This document shows, piece by piece, positions 1 through 8,441 of a stretch of DNA of 36,559 nt (positions are counted from its first letter, which is position 1; each line of letters begins with the position of its first letter). The DNA comes from a virus. Taxonomy: Duplodnaviria; Caudoviricetes. The notes under the pieces are model-generated. The model had not been told where the DNA came from. It did no database searches and saw only the letters and a program-made list of their open reading frames with translations. The stretch covers positions 1-36,559 of the IMG/VR virus record IMGVR_UViG_3300042510_000426; one strand, written 5' to 3'. The position numbers and the translations under genes were made by a program.

Positions 1-1
1 G

Positions 2-20
2 CTGTTGCAAATGTATTAAA
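2..20 (+). repeat. Terminal direct repeat CTGTTGCAAATGTATTAAA (second copy 36538-36556)
   Basis: Exact 19-nt match between the two ends of the window, consistent with circular assembly overlap. Confidence 0.8.
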
Positions 21-53
21 CCCGGTTCACCATAGGTTCCCGTCTCAACATCG

Positions 54-935
54 GTGAACCTCATGCAAATCCAGAAGACAACCTCGGCGCCGTCCGCGCC
101 TGGGATCTACGCTGGCCTCTCAAACAGCGATTACCACGCCGGACCCGGCGTCTCGAAATCCCAGCTGGACAAGCTGGCAAAATCCCCCTTCCACTATCAT
201 GCGCACTATTTAAGCCTGAAGCGTGTCTCAACCTACGAGACGCCCGCCATGCGCTTCGGCACCGCCGTGCACACGGCCATCCTTGAGCCTGAGATCTTCG
301 CCGGCTGGGTCGTGATGCCCGACGTTGACGGCCGCACCAAAGAGGGGAAGGCCGCCAAGGCGCTCGCCCTGGAGGAGGCCGCATCGCGCGGCGTCGAGGT
401 GATCGCGGCCGACGACTATGAGAAGGTGACGGCAATCGCCGACAGCTTCAGCCGGCACAAGCACCTGGCGACGTTCCTCGACACCGGCCACGCCGAGCTC
501 TCCGTCTACTGGACCGATCCTGACACCGGCATCCTCTGTCGCTGCCGCCCCGACTGGCTGGCGCCCGACTGCGTTCTCGACCTGAAGACGACCGAAGACG
601 CCAGCCCCCGCGCCTTCCAGCGCAGCGCCTACGGATGGCGATATTGGGTGCAGGCCGCCTACTACCTTGACGGCCTGGCGGCCAACGGCGTGGACGCGAG
701 CGGCTTCGTGTTCGCGGCGATCGAGAAGTCGGAGCCCTACGCCTGCGCCGGCTACGCCGCCAGCGAGGCCATGATTGCGGCAGGGCGCGAGGAGTATCGC
801 CGCCTGCTGCGCACGCTGCGCCAGTGTCAGGACGACGACCATTGGCCGGGCTACGGCGAAAGCCTCAATATGCTGGACCTTCCGGGGTACGCTAACGAAC
901 TGTTCACTTCGCCAAATGATGCAATTGCATTGTGA
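54..935 (+). CDS. RecE/exonuclease VIII-like PD-(D/E)xK nuclease (DUF3799-like)
   Basis: Motifs YH..PGVSKSQLD, GTAVHTAILEP, ELSVYW, CRPDW, DLKT, YWVQAAYY; start may be ATG 63. Confidence 0.88.
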   Translation: MNLMQIQKTTSAPSAPGIYAGLSNSDYHAGPGVSKSQLDKLAKSPFHYHAHYLSLKRVSTYETPAMRFGTAVHTAILEPEIFAGWVVMPDVDGRTKEGKAAKALALEEAASRGVEVIAADDYEKVTAIADSFSRHKHLATFLDTGHAELSVYWTDPDTGILCRCRPDWLAPDCVLDLKTTEDASPRAFQRSAYGWRYWVQAAYYLDGLAANGVDASGFVFAAIEKSEPYACAGYAASEAMIAAGREEYRRLLRTLRQCQDDDHWPGYGESLNMLDLPGYANELFTSPNDAIAL

Positions 936-982
936 CGCAAATCAGCATAATGCATCTGCATCAAGTAAGGCAGGAGGCTGAC

Positions 983-1132
983 ATGACTATCCAAGAATTG
1001 AAGCAGCGACTGGCGAGGGCGGAAGCCCGCCTCGACGAGGCCCGCAGCGACGGCGAGTGGTCCGCCGCCAACCAGCTGGTGATCTACTACCGCACGCTGG
1101 TGGACGACGCCCAGCACAGGAGGGCCGCATGA
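983..1132 (+). CDS. Small hypothetical protein (coiled coil)
   Basis: GGAGG RBS before ATG 983; stop overlaps next start. Confidence 0.65.
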   Translation: MTIQELKQRLARAEARLDEARSDGEWSAANQLVIYYRTLVDDAQHRRAA

Positions 1133-1368
1133 ACCGCGTGATCCTCGTCGGCCGCAACAGCGACTTCCCACGCTTCACACCCCGTTCCGGCGCCAAGCCG
1201 GGATCTGGCGGCGCAGCGGCACTGCGTCAGTCTTGCTCGACTGCAGCTACGGGGCAGGGTGAAAGCTCTGCCCCGTGGTGGGCCAAGGCAGCCCTTGAGG
1301 TCGTCACCGTCGTCGGTGGCCTCGCAGTGTTCGGCGCGATCGCCTTCTTCTTCATGGTGATCTCTTGA
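1129..1368 (+). CDS. Small protein with C-terminal transmembrane helix
   Basis: ATGA overlap with upstream gene, AGGAGG RBS, hydrophobic C-terminus VVTVVGGLAVFGAIAFFFMVIS. Confidence 0.6.
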   Translation: MNRVILVGRNSDFPRFTPRSGAKPGSGGAAALRQSCSTAATGQGESSAPWWAKAALEVVTVVGGLAVFGAIAFFFMVIS

Positions 1369-1874
1369 GCCTCGCCGAAGACATGGAGCGCCGCATCGCG
1401 CGTGCGCTCGACGGCAAGTTTTTCCTCCCCGACGGGCGCGACATGCATGTCGTCAAGCGGCAGCAGGACGCCATGCGCGCGGCAGACCGCGCCGAGGCCG
1501 AGGCAAGGCAGCGCGACCGGCGTCGGCGCCTGATGGCACGCAACGCCGCGAAGATGGAATTGCGCGAACTGCCCGGCGTCGAGATCACGCCGCGCAAGGT
1601 GCTCGTCGCCGTCTCCTACGCGCACGGCATCCCGATCTCCGCGATCCTTGGGCCGGAGCGCGCCCGCAAGATCATCTACGCGCGCCAGCACGCCTGCCAC
1701 GCCTTGCGGCACATCGCCAGGATGTCGTTCCCGGCGATCGGCGAGGAGATCGCGCGCGATCACTCGACCACGCAGCACTCCTGCAGGACGTGGGAGCACA
1801 TCAAGCCGCGCTTCGCCGCGCAGGTGGCGATCGTCAACAGCATCCTGATCGACGGCAAACCAATTCCGGCGTGA
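1365..1874 (+). CDS. Protein with DnaA C-terminal (domain IV) helix-turn-helix
   Basis: ILGPERARKIIYARQ...MSFPAIGEEIARDHSTTQHS matches the DnaA domain IV signature (RQ..M...SLPEIG..F.GRDHTTV.H); no AAA+ domain. Confidence 0.85.
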   Translation: MSLAEDMERRIARALDGKFFLPDGRDMHVVKRQQDAMRAADRAEAEARQRDRRRRLMARNAAKMELRELPGVEITPRKVLVAVSYAHGIPISAILGPERARKIIYARQHACHALRHIARMSFPAIGEEIARDHSTTQHSCRTWEHIKPRFAAQVAIVNSILIDGKPIPA

Positions 1875-2011
1875 AGCCGGAGGCCGGCACCGCAGCGGAA
1901 CTGCGGCAAACCTAGTTAGTAAGTACACACAGTAGTGTTCCGTGTAACGCCCGCCCGGTCCCCCAAGCCTACGCAGCCGGGCGGGCACCCACAGCAAACA
2001 GGAGAGTGAGC

Positions 2012-2662
2012 ATGGCTCAGAACGACGATTTCAAGGATTTCATGTTCAAGGGTGTGGAGCTTGCATTCCCGCGCTTGAAGGATTGTTACCGCTTCAACAG
2101 CGCGACGAAGAAGAGCGAGCCCTGTGCGCAGAACGTCACCAACGCGGCCTGGTCGGCCGGCATGAAGATGCCGAAGGATCGCGCGAAGGAGTTCTTCGTG
2201 CAGATGAAGGCGCACTACGAGGCCTGCCGCGAGCGCAACAAGAAGCTGCCGGAGTTCACCAAGGTCTTCGGCATGAAGAAGGACGACGAAAACGGCACCG
2301 TCACGTTCGAGGCGAAGAAGAAGGGCGTCACCGGCGAGGGCAAAGCCAACAAGGCGCCGACCGTCATCGACAACCTGAAGAACCCGCTGGCCGAAGACAA
2401 GCTGGAGTTCTGGTCTGGCACCACGGCCAACGTGCGTGTGCGCGCGTTCCCGACCGTTGATCCTGAAGGCAAGGGCGGGATCTCGCTGCTGCTCGATGTC
2501 GTGCAGGTGCTGAAGCCGATCTACGGCTCCGCCAACCTTGACGGCTTCGACGAGGAAGACGTGGCCGTCGGCCCGGCGGAGTTCAGTGGCGACCCCTTCG
2601 CGGCTGCCGCGGCGAATAAGAAGACCGCCAAGGCCAACGACGACGCCTTCGGTGACTTTTGA
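2012..2662 (+). CDS. ssb: T7 gp2.5/DUF2815-like single-stranded DNA-binding protein
   Basis: FPRL, PTVID, FWSG..ANVRV, GISLLLDVVQVLK and acidic tail ending in Phe (DDAFGDF); GGAGAG RBS. Confidence 0.75.
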   Translation: MAQNDDFKDFMFKGVELAFPRLKDCYRFNSATKKSEPCAQNVTNAAWSAGMKMPKDRAKEFFVQMKAHYEACRERNKKLPEFTKVFGMKKDDENGTVTFEAKKKGVTGEGKANKAPTVIDNLKNPLAEDKLEFWSGTTANVRVRAFPTVDPEGKGGISLLLDVVQVLKPIYGSANLDGFDEEDVAVGPAEFSGDPFAAAAANKKTAKANDDAFGDF

Positions 2663-2946
2663 TGACTGAAGGTCACAACGGGCAGCTGCAGTCGATCATC
2701 GAGCGCATTGAGCGGCTGGAGGATGAGAAGGCGAAGATCGCGCTCGACATCAGGGAAATCTACGCAGAGGCCAAGGCAAACGGCTTCGACGCGAAGATCC
2801 TCCGCAAGATCGTGGCGATCCGCAAGCAGGACGCCGACAAGCGCGACGAGGAGCAGCAGCTGATCGCCACCTACATGGCGGCATTAGGAATGCTTGCCGA
2901 CACGCCGCTCGGCCAAGCGGCGATCGCACGCAACGTGCGGACATAG
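2662..2946 (+). CDS. gapR: GapR/DUF2312 family nucleoid-associated DNA-binding protein
   Basis: QLQSIIERIERLEDEKAKIALDIREIYAEAKANGFDAKILRKIVAIRKQD...YMAALGM is the characteristic family sequence. Confidence 0.9.
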   Translation: MTEGHNGQLQSIIERIERLEDEKAKIALDIREIYAEAKANGFDAKILRKIVAIRKQDADKRDEEQQLIATYMAALGMLADTPLGQAAIARNVRT

Positions 2947-2953
2947 CGACGGC

Positions 2954-2975
2954 GGGGCGGGCTTCGGCTCGCCCC
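2954..2975 (+). terminator. GC stem with UUCG tetraloop, possible terminator or processing hairpin
   Basis: GGGGCGGGC-TTCG-GCTCGCCCC just after gapR; lacks a U-tract. Confidence 0.45.
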
Positions 2976-3004
2976 CATTCAACACATTTGCATCAAGGGA
3001 CAGG

Positions 3005-3346
3005 ATGATGAAGCTGCGGTTTGGTGATGACGACGAGGACGACACCTGGATGCGTTGCCCGGCCTGCGGCAGCACGGAGTTGCATCACTACAATGTGGAG
3101 GTTTACCGGCGCGATCATGATGGCGCGACGAGTGGCCTGCATGTCATCACGTTCCAGCGCGGCGGCGCCACGGTCAACACCAGCATGGACGGCAACCCGT
3201 CGCCACGCGGCAACGGCATCCGCGTCCACTTGACGTGCCAGAAGTGCCCGGCGCTGGTCGAGCTCGTCATCGTGCATGATGAGGGCGGCACGTACATCGA
3301 GACGGATACCGTCGGATCACGCAGACAAGGCGGCGACGATGAGTGA
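3005..3346 (+). CDS. Hypothetical zinc-ribbon protein
   Basis: CPAC and CQKC pairs; overlaps primase start. Confidence 0.65.
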   Translation: MMKLRFGDDDEDDTWMRCPACGSTELHHYNVEVYRRDHDGATSGLHVITFQRGGATVNTSMDGNPSPRGNGIRVHLTCQKCPALVELVIVHDEGGTYIETDTVGSRRQGGDDE

Positions 3347-5501
3347 GATGCTGGTTTCATTCTCGCACGGGCCAGCCAACAACACGGCGCTGGTGCCGAA
3401 GCACATGACGTGGTCGGAGTTCGTCCAGCGCATGAAATCACCTCGCGTCGGCGACAAGGATGGCTCATACCTCGTCAGAGGCGGCGCACTCAGGAAGCCC
3501 GAGCGCGGCGACGAGAACCTGGAGGAGGCTGCCGTGCTCGTTGTCGATGGCGACAGCGGCTTCGACCCGGAGACGGGCGAGTTCTTCACGGCAACCGACC
3601 CCTACACCGGCAAGACCAAGTCGTCGGCGCCGACGATCGAGGAGGCGGCCGCGGCGATGGACCGGCTGGGCTACCAGTACGTGCTCCACACGACGCACAG
3701 CTACGTGCCGGGCGTCATCAACAAGTGGCGCCTCTACACGCCCGCCACGATGAAGAACGAGGACGAGCTCGGCGCGGCCGTGGATCTGATCATCAGCCAG
3801 CTGCACGGGGCCGGCTGCTACGTCGAGGCCAACAAGGAAAGCAAGGTCTGGTCACAGGCCTGGTTCCTGCCGCGCTGCAGGGAGGAGTTGATAGGCGACT
3901 TCAAGTCGTTCTCACGCGAGGAGGGCGGGCATCTGGATGTCGCCGCGGCCGTCGCCGTCGCCCGCGGCCGAGCCCAAGCAGAGGCGGCCGTGGCGAAGGC
4001 CCAAGCCCCGCAGACGCCGCGCACGACGGATGGCGACAGCATCATCGAGGCGTTCAATCGGGTGGCCAGCCTTGGCTGGGTCAGGCAGACGCTGGAGGCG
4101 CAAGGCTACAGGTTTTGCGGTCGTAAGGGTGACAGCTACCGCTATATGGCGCCGCAGTCCGAAAGCGGCACGCCGGGCGTCAACGTGTTCAAGGGCGCAG
4201 AAGGCGACTGGTGCGTCTACAGCCACCACGGCGCCCATGACCCGTTGAGCCATACGTTCTGCGATCCGTTCCGGCTGTTCGCCATCTTCAACACCGGCGG
4301 CGACCAGAAGGCAGCCGCCAAGGCGCTCGCCCAAGAGGCCGGAACGGGGAGCCCGCGAGATCCGCTCGCAGGCTTTGAGGAGGAGGCCGTGGATTTTAGG
4401 AAGGCCCGGCAGGAGGCGGCACAAGCAGCCGCCGGGCCGACACCCGCAGACAGGTTTCAGTGGGTCACACGCGCGACCGGCGCCAGCCCCGTCCTCAACG
4501 GCAACTGGCTGATCAAGCGCGTGCTGCCAGCGGAGGGCCTGGGCGTGATCTACGGCAGGCCCGGCTCCGGCAAGACGTTCTCCGTCATGGATATCGCCAT
4601 GCACATATCGGCAGGCGTCACCTGGCGGGGGCAGAAGACGACGCAGGCGGGCGTCTCATACGTCAGCCCCGAGGCGGGCAGGCTCGGCGCCAACCGCGTC
4701 ATCGGCTGGTGCCGCCACCATGACATTGCGTGGCCCGACACATTCAGGCTGTCGCCCGCGCAGATCGACCTGAACAGCGCCGACACCGACGCCGACGCCC
4801 TCATCGCCGACATCAAGCAGAACCAGCCCGACTGCCGCCTGGTCGTTGTCGACACGCTCAACCGGGCGATGGCCGGCGGCGACGAGAACTCAGGCGAGGA
4901 CATGGGCAACTTCGTGCGCCTCTGCGACAAGATCGGGAAGGCGCTGAACGCCTTCGTGCTGGTCGTTCACCACTCCGGCAAGGACGCCGCGAAGGGCTCC
5001 AGAGGGCACAGCAGCCTCCTCGGCGCCGTCAGCCTGGAGCTCGAGGTCACTCGCGAGCAGGGCCAGCCAGGCGTCATCAAGGTGACCAAGATGCGCGACG
5101 GGGAGGATGGCGCCGAGTACGGCTTCACAATCGGCAGCGTCGAGCTCGGCGAGGACGAGGACGGCGAAGTCGTCAGCACCGGCATCAGCGTGTCGGCAGA
5201 CGCCAGCGAGGTTAGGGAAACCAGGCAGGCGCGGCCGACAGGCAAGAACCAAGTGCTCGTCGCGCAGGCTTTCGAGCAATACGCGGACGACTACGGGCAA
5301 CCCAATCCGGCAGGCTGCGGCTTTGCGGAGCCGGGCAGGGTTCGCGTCGTGGAGGGCGACAGCTTCGTCGCGTTCGCCGCGGGGAAGATCGTAGGCGGCA
5401 AGGACCACGAACGGCGGAAGGCAGTCAAGGACGCCATCGACGGCCTCGTCGGCAAGCGGTTCTTCGCCGTCAACAGGGGCTTCATGTGGAGGATATCTTG
5501 A
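3339..5501 (+). CDS. Primase-helicase: N-terminal prim-pol-like domain plus RepA/AAA_25-type helicase
   Basis: VVDGD and HTTHS/KWRL motifs at N-terminus; Walker A GRPGSGKT, Walker B VVVDTL, GDENS, VVHHSGKD, RGHSSL. Confidence 0.88.
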   Translation: MSEMLVSFSHGPANNTALVPKHMTWSEFVQRMKSPRVGDKDGSYLVRGGALRKPERGDENLEEAAVLVVDGDSGFDPETGEFFTATDPYTGKTKSSAPTIEEAAAAMDRLGYQYVLHTTHSYVPGVINKWRLYTPATMKNEDELGAAVDLIISQLHGAGCYVEANKESKVWSQAWFLPRCREELIGDFKSFSREEGGHLDVAAAVAVARGRAQAEAAVAKAQAPQTPRTTDGDSIIEAFNRVASLGWVRQTLEAQGYRFCGRKGDSYRYMAPQSESGTPGVNVFKGAEGDWCVYSHHGAHDPLSHTFCDPFRLFAIFNTGGDQKAAAKALAQEAGTGSPRDPLAGFEEEAVDFRKARQEAAQAAAGPTPADRFQWVTRATGASPVLNGNWLIKRVLPAEGLGVIYGRPGSGKTFSVMDIAMHISAGVTWRGQKTTQAGVSYVSPEAGRLGANRVIGWCRHHDIAWPDTFRLSPAQIDLNSADTDADALIADIKQNQPDCRLVVVDTLNRAMAGGDENSGEDMGNFVRLCDKIGKALNAFVLVVHHSGKDAAKGSRGHSSLLGAVSLELEVTREQGQPGVIKVTKMRDGEDGAEYGFTIGSVELGEDEDGEVVSTGISVSADASEVRETRQARPTGKNQVLVAQAFEQYADDYGQPNPAGCGFAEPGRVRVVEGDSFVAFAAGKIVGGKDHERRKAVKDAIDGLVGKRFFAVNRGFMWRIS

Positions 5502-5521
5502 TGCAGCGCAGCATGATCATG

Positions 5522-5643
5522 ACGGGGGAAAACGGGGGAAAACGGGGGAAAACCCCGAAAACCCCCGCAGGGTGGGGGGTTGACAAACGGGGGAAAAGTG
5601 GGGTATGGCCTTTAGGCCATCCCCGTTTTCCCCGTCAACACCC
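5522..5643. repeat. ACGGGGGAAA tandem repeats plus imperfect inverted repeat; candidate replication origin
   Basis: Three tandem 10-mers at 5522, 5532 and 5542, a fourth copy near 5587, and an inverted repeat centred on ATGGCC-TTTA-GGCCAT (5605-5620). Confidence 0.65.
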
Positions 5644-5700
5644 GGCAGGTTTCCAGCCAGTGTGCAGTGCAACAAGATTAAACGTCTTGGAGGCACGCTG

Positions 5701-6285
5701 ATGGCACGTCTCAAGCAACAAGCCGCGCCACCCGAGCAGCCGCCAGCCAAGGCGCCGCATCCGTTTCAGGTGACGCCCTTCGAAGCGGCCCGAGCGATGC
5801 ACGACAAGGCCGTGCGGGAGATGGACGCGCGCTACGGCACCGACGTGCTGCAGACGCTCGTCAGCCCGGAGCTCGCCGCCAGGTTCGCGCGGGTGAAGGT
5901 CGCGCTCGATGCGGCAATCGAGGCCGGCGACGACAGCACGGCGATCGAGAAGTTCGGCTCGGTCGTGCGCGGGCTCACCGCGCTGGAGGAGGCGGCACTG
6001 GCCGCGGGACACGTACCGCTCGAAATCGCGCGCTGGTGGTCTACGAGGGCCGACGACGGTCGCAGCTACCTGTTCACCCAGAATGAGGACGATGCCCGCG
6101 TGGCGGCTCGCCAGGGGCGCTGGGAGGGGTTCCATATCTGGAGCCTGCCGGAAGTCATCCGCGTGCTGGAGGACAAGTCGTTCGAGAGCGTGCTGAAGGC
6201 GAAGCAGCTGTGGCCGGAGGCTGCAGTCGTGAAAGTGGCGCGACCAGCGGTTGACTGGCGCGTAGGGGATGAGGTGGTGTTTTGA
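5701..6285 (+). CDS. Hypothetical protein
   Basis: GGAGG RBS before ATG 5701; typical codon usage. Confidence 0.75.
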   Translation: MARLKQQAAPPEQPPAKAPHPFQVTPFEAARAMHDKAVREMDARYGTDVLQTLVSPELAARFARVKVALDAAIEAGDDSTAIEKFGSVVRGLTALEEAALAAGHVPLEIARWWSTRADDGRSYLFTQNEDDARVAARQGRWEGFHIWSLPEVIRVLEDKSFESVLKAKQLWPEAAVVKVARPAVDWRVGDEVVF

Positions 6286-6782
6286 CGGAGCGCGACAAGG
6301 TTGCAAACGCCGACAAAAGCGATGGTGCCAGTTCGACTGGTAGCAATGGTACCAGCAGAATTAGTAGAAGGCCGCCAAAGGGCGTCGTGCCGAAGGGCTT
6401 CAAACCGTTCCAGCCGGGCCAAAGCGGCAACCCGAATGGCCGACGCCCGATGCCGCCCGAGATCATCGAGGCGCTGGAGTTGGGCTCGCTGAACGCGGCG
6501 AAGCGCCTGGTGACGCTGACGCAGGATCCAGACGGCCGCGTTGCGTTGACGGCGATCGACATGCTGCAGAACCGGCTGTACGGCCGCGCGCAGCAGCAGG
6601 CCGACGTGAACGTCACCACGACGAACGTGCAGCAGGCGCACCTGCAGGTGCTGGTCGAGCTCCAGCAGCGCCGCGACCAGGCGATGAAGACGATCGAGGC
6701 GGTCGAGGGGGGTACACAAAGGGTCGAGGAGTATGACCCCCTGATTACTGGAGATATCACGTACACAAAAGATAACTCTTGA
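6282..6782 (+). CDS. terS: Terminase small subunit-like (DUF5681-type)
   Basis: FQPGQSGNPNGR motif; position upstream of terL; exact start uncertain. Confidence 0.7.
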   Translation: MTERDKVANADKSDGASSTGSNGTSRISRRPPKGVVPKGFKPFQPGQSGNPNGRRPMPPEIIEALELGSLNAAKRLVTLTQDPDGRVALTAIDMLQNRLYGRAQQQADVNVTTTNVQQAHLQVLVELQQRRDQAMKTIEAVEGGTQRVEEYDPLITGDITYTKDNS

Positions 6783-6812
6783 TCATACACTCAGGAGGTG
6801 CTATGTGTACGT
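6759..6812 (+). promoter_or_regulatory. Sigma70-like promoter flanked by 9-bp inverted repeat; possible res site
   Basis: TTGATC(6779-6784)-17 nt-TATGTG(6802-6807); ACGTACACA / TGTGTACGT inverted pair. Confidence 0.5.
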
Positions 6813-6833
6813 CATCAACAGGGAGACACGAAC

Positions 6834-7028
6834 ATGACCAAGCGCAACCTCATCGACCGCACCATCGAGATCGACGGCGACACCTGGCGCGTGCTGGGCG
6901 TTGGCACCGAGCATGAGGGTAAGGTCTACCTGCACCTCGCCAGCACCACTCGCTTCCGCCAGCAGCGCAACGGCAAGGTGCCGGTGCAGATGGCCGACTG
7001 GCTGGACATCGAGGCGCTGGCCGCCTGA
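6834..7028 (+). CDS. Small hypothetical protein
   Basis: GGGAGA RBS before ATG 6834, GC3-rich codons. Confidence 0.75.
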   Translation: MTKRNLIDRTIEIDGDTWRVLGVGTEHEGKVYLHLASTTRFRQQRNGKVPVQMADWLDIEALAA

Positions 7029-7163
7029 CCGCGGCAGCCGGGCGGCCCGCGGAGGCCCCCCGGCCCCGGCTAGGGTCCCGCACCCCGCCGCCGGTGACGG
7101 GCCTCCACGCCTGACAACATCCCGCCCACACAGATACCCCCCCCCATACCCCCAGGATCACCC

Positions 7164-7769
7164 ATGAACACGCCCGCAAAAAAATACGCCGCCCTATACC
7201 TCCGTGTGAGCACCGACGAGCAGACGACGGAGAACCAGGCGCGCGAGCTCACCGAGGCGGCAAGCCGCGCCGGCTGGGAAATCGTTGCGACGTATCGTGA
7301 CGAGGGCATCAGCGGCGCCAAGGGCCGCGACAAGCGGCCGGGCTTGGACGCGATGCTGAAGGACGCCACGCGGCGCAAGTTTGATGTCGTCATGGCGTGG
7401 TCGGTGGACCGGCTGGGCCGCAGCTTGCAGGATCTGGTCGGTCTGCTGACGGAGTTGCACGCGAGTAACATTGACTTGTTCCTGCACCAGCAGGCGATTG
7501 ACACGACGACGCCGGCGGGCCGCGCCATGTTCCAGATGATGGGCGTGTTCGCGGAGTTCGAGCGTGCGATGATCCGCGACCGCGTGAAGGCGGGCATGGC
7601 GCGTGCGAAGGCAGGCGGCGCCAAGTTCGGCCGCCCGACGATTGACGCGAGCCTGCGCCTGCAGATCCTCGACAGCCTGGCCGCGGGCATGGGCATCGGC
7701 AAGGCTGCGCGCACGTATGGTGTGGGCACACTGACGGTTCAACGCATCAAGAAGGAGATGGTGACTTGA
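7164..7769 (+). CDS. Small serine recombinase (resolvase/invertase family) with C-terminal HTH
   Basis: YLRVST..Q, DEGISG, RPGL, DRLGRS, TPAGR, FAEFER, GRP motifs. Confidence 0.95.
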   Translation: MNTPAKKYAALYLRVSTDEQTTENQARELTEAASRAGWEIVATYRDEGISGAKGRDKRPGLDAMLKDATRRKFDVVMAWSVDRLGRSLQDLVGLLTELHASNIDLFLHQQAIDTTTPAGRAMFQMMGVFAEFERAMIRDRVKAGMARAKAGGAKFGRPTIDASLRLQILDSLAAGMGIGKAARTYGVGTLTVQRIKKEMVT

Positions 7770-7969
7770 TTGACCCTGCACAGATACCGGGCGAGGTGGT
7801 GGAGGCGGCTTTATGGGCTTACAACTACGCATCCAGAGATTGTTACACGGCGGAAGAACAGGACATTGCTACCGCCATCGCAGCAGCCCTCAATGTGTGG
7901 CCGGGGATGACGCATAGTGCTGGCGTAGGTCCGTGCATCATCCTCCCCCTGCCTTACGGAGGCGCGTGA
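7766..7969 (+). CDS. Small hypothetical phage protein
   Basis: Overlapping start/stop with neighbours; AAGGAG upstream. Confidence 0.55.
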   Translation: MIDPAQIPGEVVEAALWAYNYASRDCYTAEEQDIATAIAAALNVWPGMTHSAGVGPCIILPLPYGGA

Positions 7970-8190
7970 TGACTGACCGCGCCGCGCTGGCGAAGGCAGT
8001 TTGTGACGCCATGCACGAAGCCGATCCATTTTATGTCAGCTACGACCATGCAATCGCCGCCATCGACCTCATCCGCGCTGATGTGCTGGAGGAGGCTGCG
8101 AAAGTGGCTGACCGTTACGAAATCCCGCTCTGCGAAACGTCTGCGAGCCATATCGCCGCCGCCATCCGCGCCCTGAAGGACGCCCCATGA
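7969..8190 (+). CDS. Small hypothetical phage protein
   Basis: GGAGG RBS; LEEAAKVAD...IAAAIRALK pattern common in small phage ORFs. Confidence 0.65.
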   Translation: MTDRAALAKAVCDAMHEADPFYVSYDHAIAAIDLIRADVLEEAAKVADRYEIPLCETSASHIAAAIRALKDAP

Positions 8191-8345
8191 CCGACGACCA
8201 GGCTGAAGCCGCGGTTCGCCGCCACGACGAATTCTTCCACGATCATGTGCTAAAGCTGGTGCTGGGCAACTGCGTGCGCTTGCTCGGCGTTCGCGCTACG
8301 CGCTTAATGCTTTTGCGTTATGCTCGGCAGCTGAAATGGTTTTGA
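8187..8345 (+). CDS. Small hypothetical protein (52 aa, not in ORF track)
   Basis: ATGA overlap; MTDDQAEAAVRRHDEFF...QLKWF. Confidence 0.5.
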   Translation: MTDDQAEAAVRRHDEFFHDHVLKLVLGNCVRLLGVRATRLMLLRYARQLKWF

Positions 8346-8441
8346 CTTGATGCAAAAGTGTTAGACGTGCCTGTCCCAACGCTGTGAAGCGTTTCAACCC
8401 CCAGCCAATGCACTGCCGTGAGGCGGTCCAGCAGGTGACAC

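Noticed and set aside
1-40. CtrA box (TTAA-N7-TTAA) near the early promoter or switch
   Set aside because: Half-sites are present but the spacing does not fit
1129-1160. MNRVILVGR resembles the N-terminus of bacterial SSB
   Set aside because: Similarity stops after nine residues and I saw no OB-fold continuation; the rest is a TM protein
5522-5600. Repeats considered as CRISPR array
   Set aside because: 10-bp tandem units without spacers; no cas genes
5486-5701. 71-aa ORF across the G-tract repeats
   Set aside because: Translation simply mirrors the DNA repeats; more likely non-coding ori
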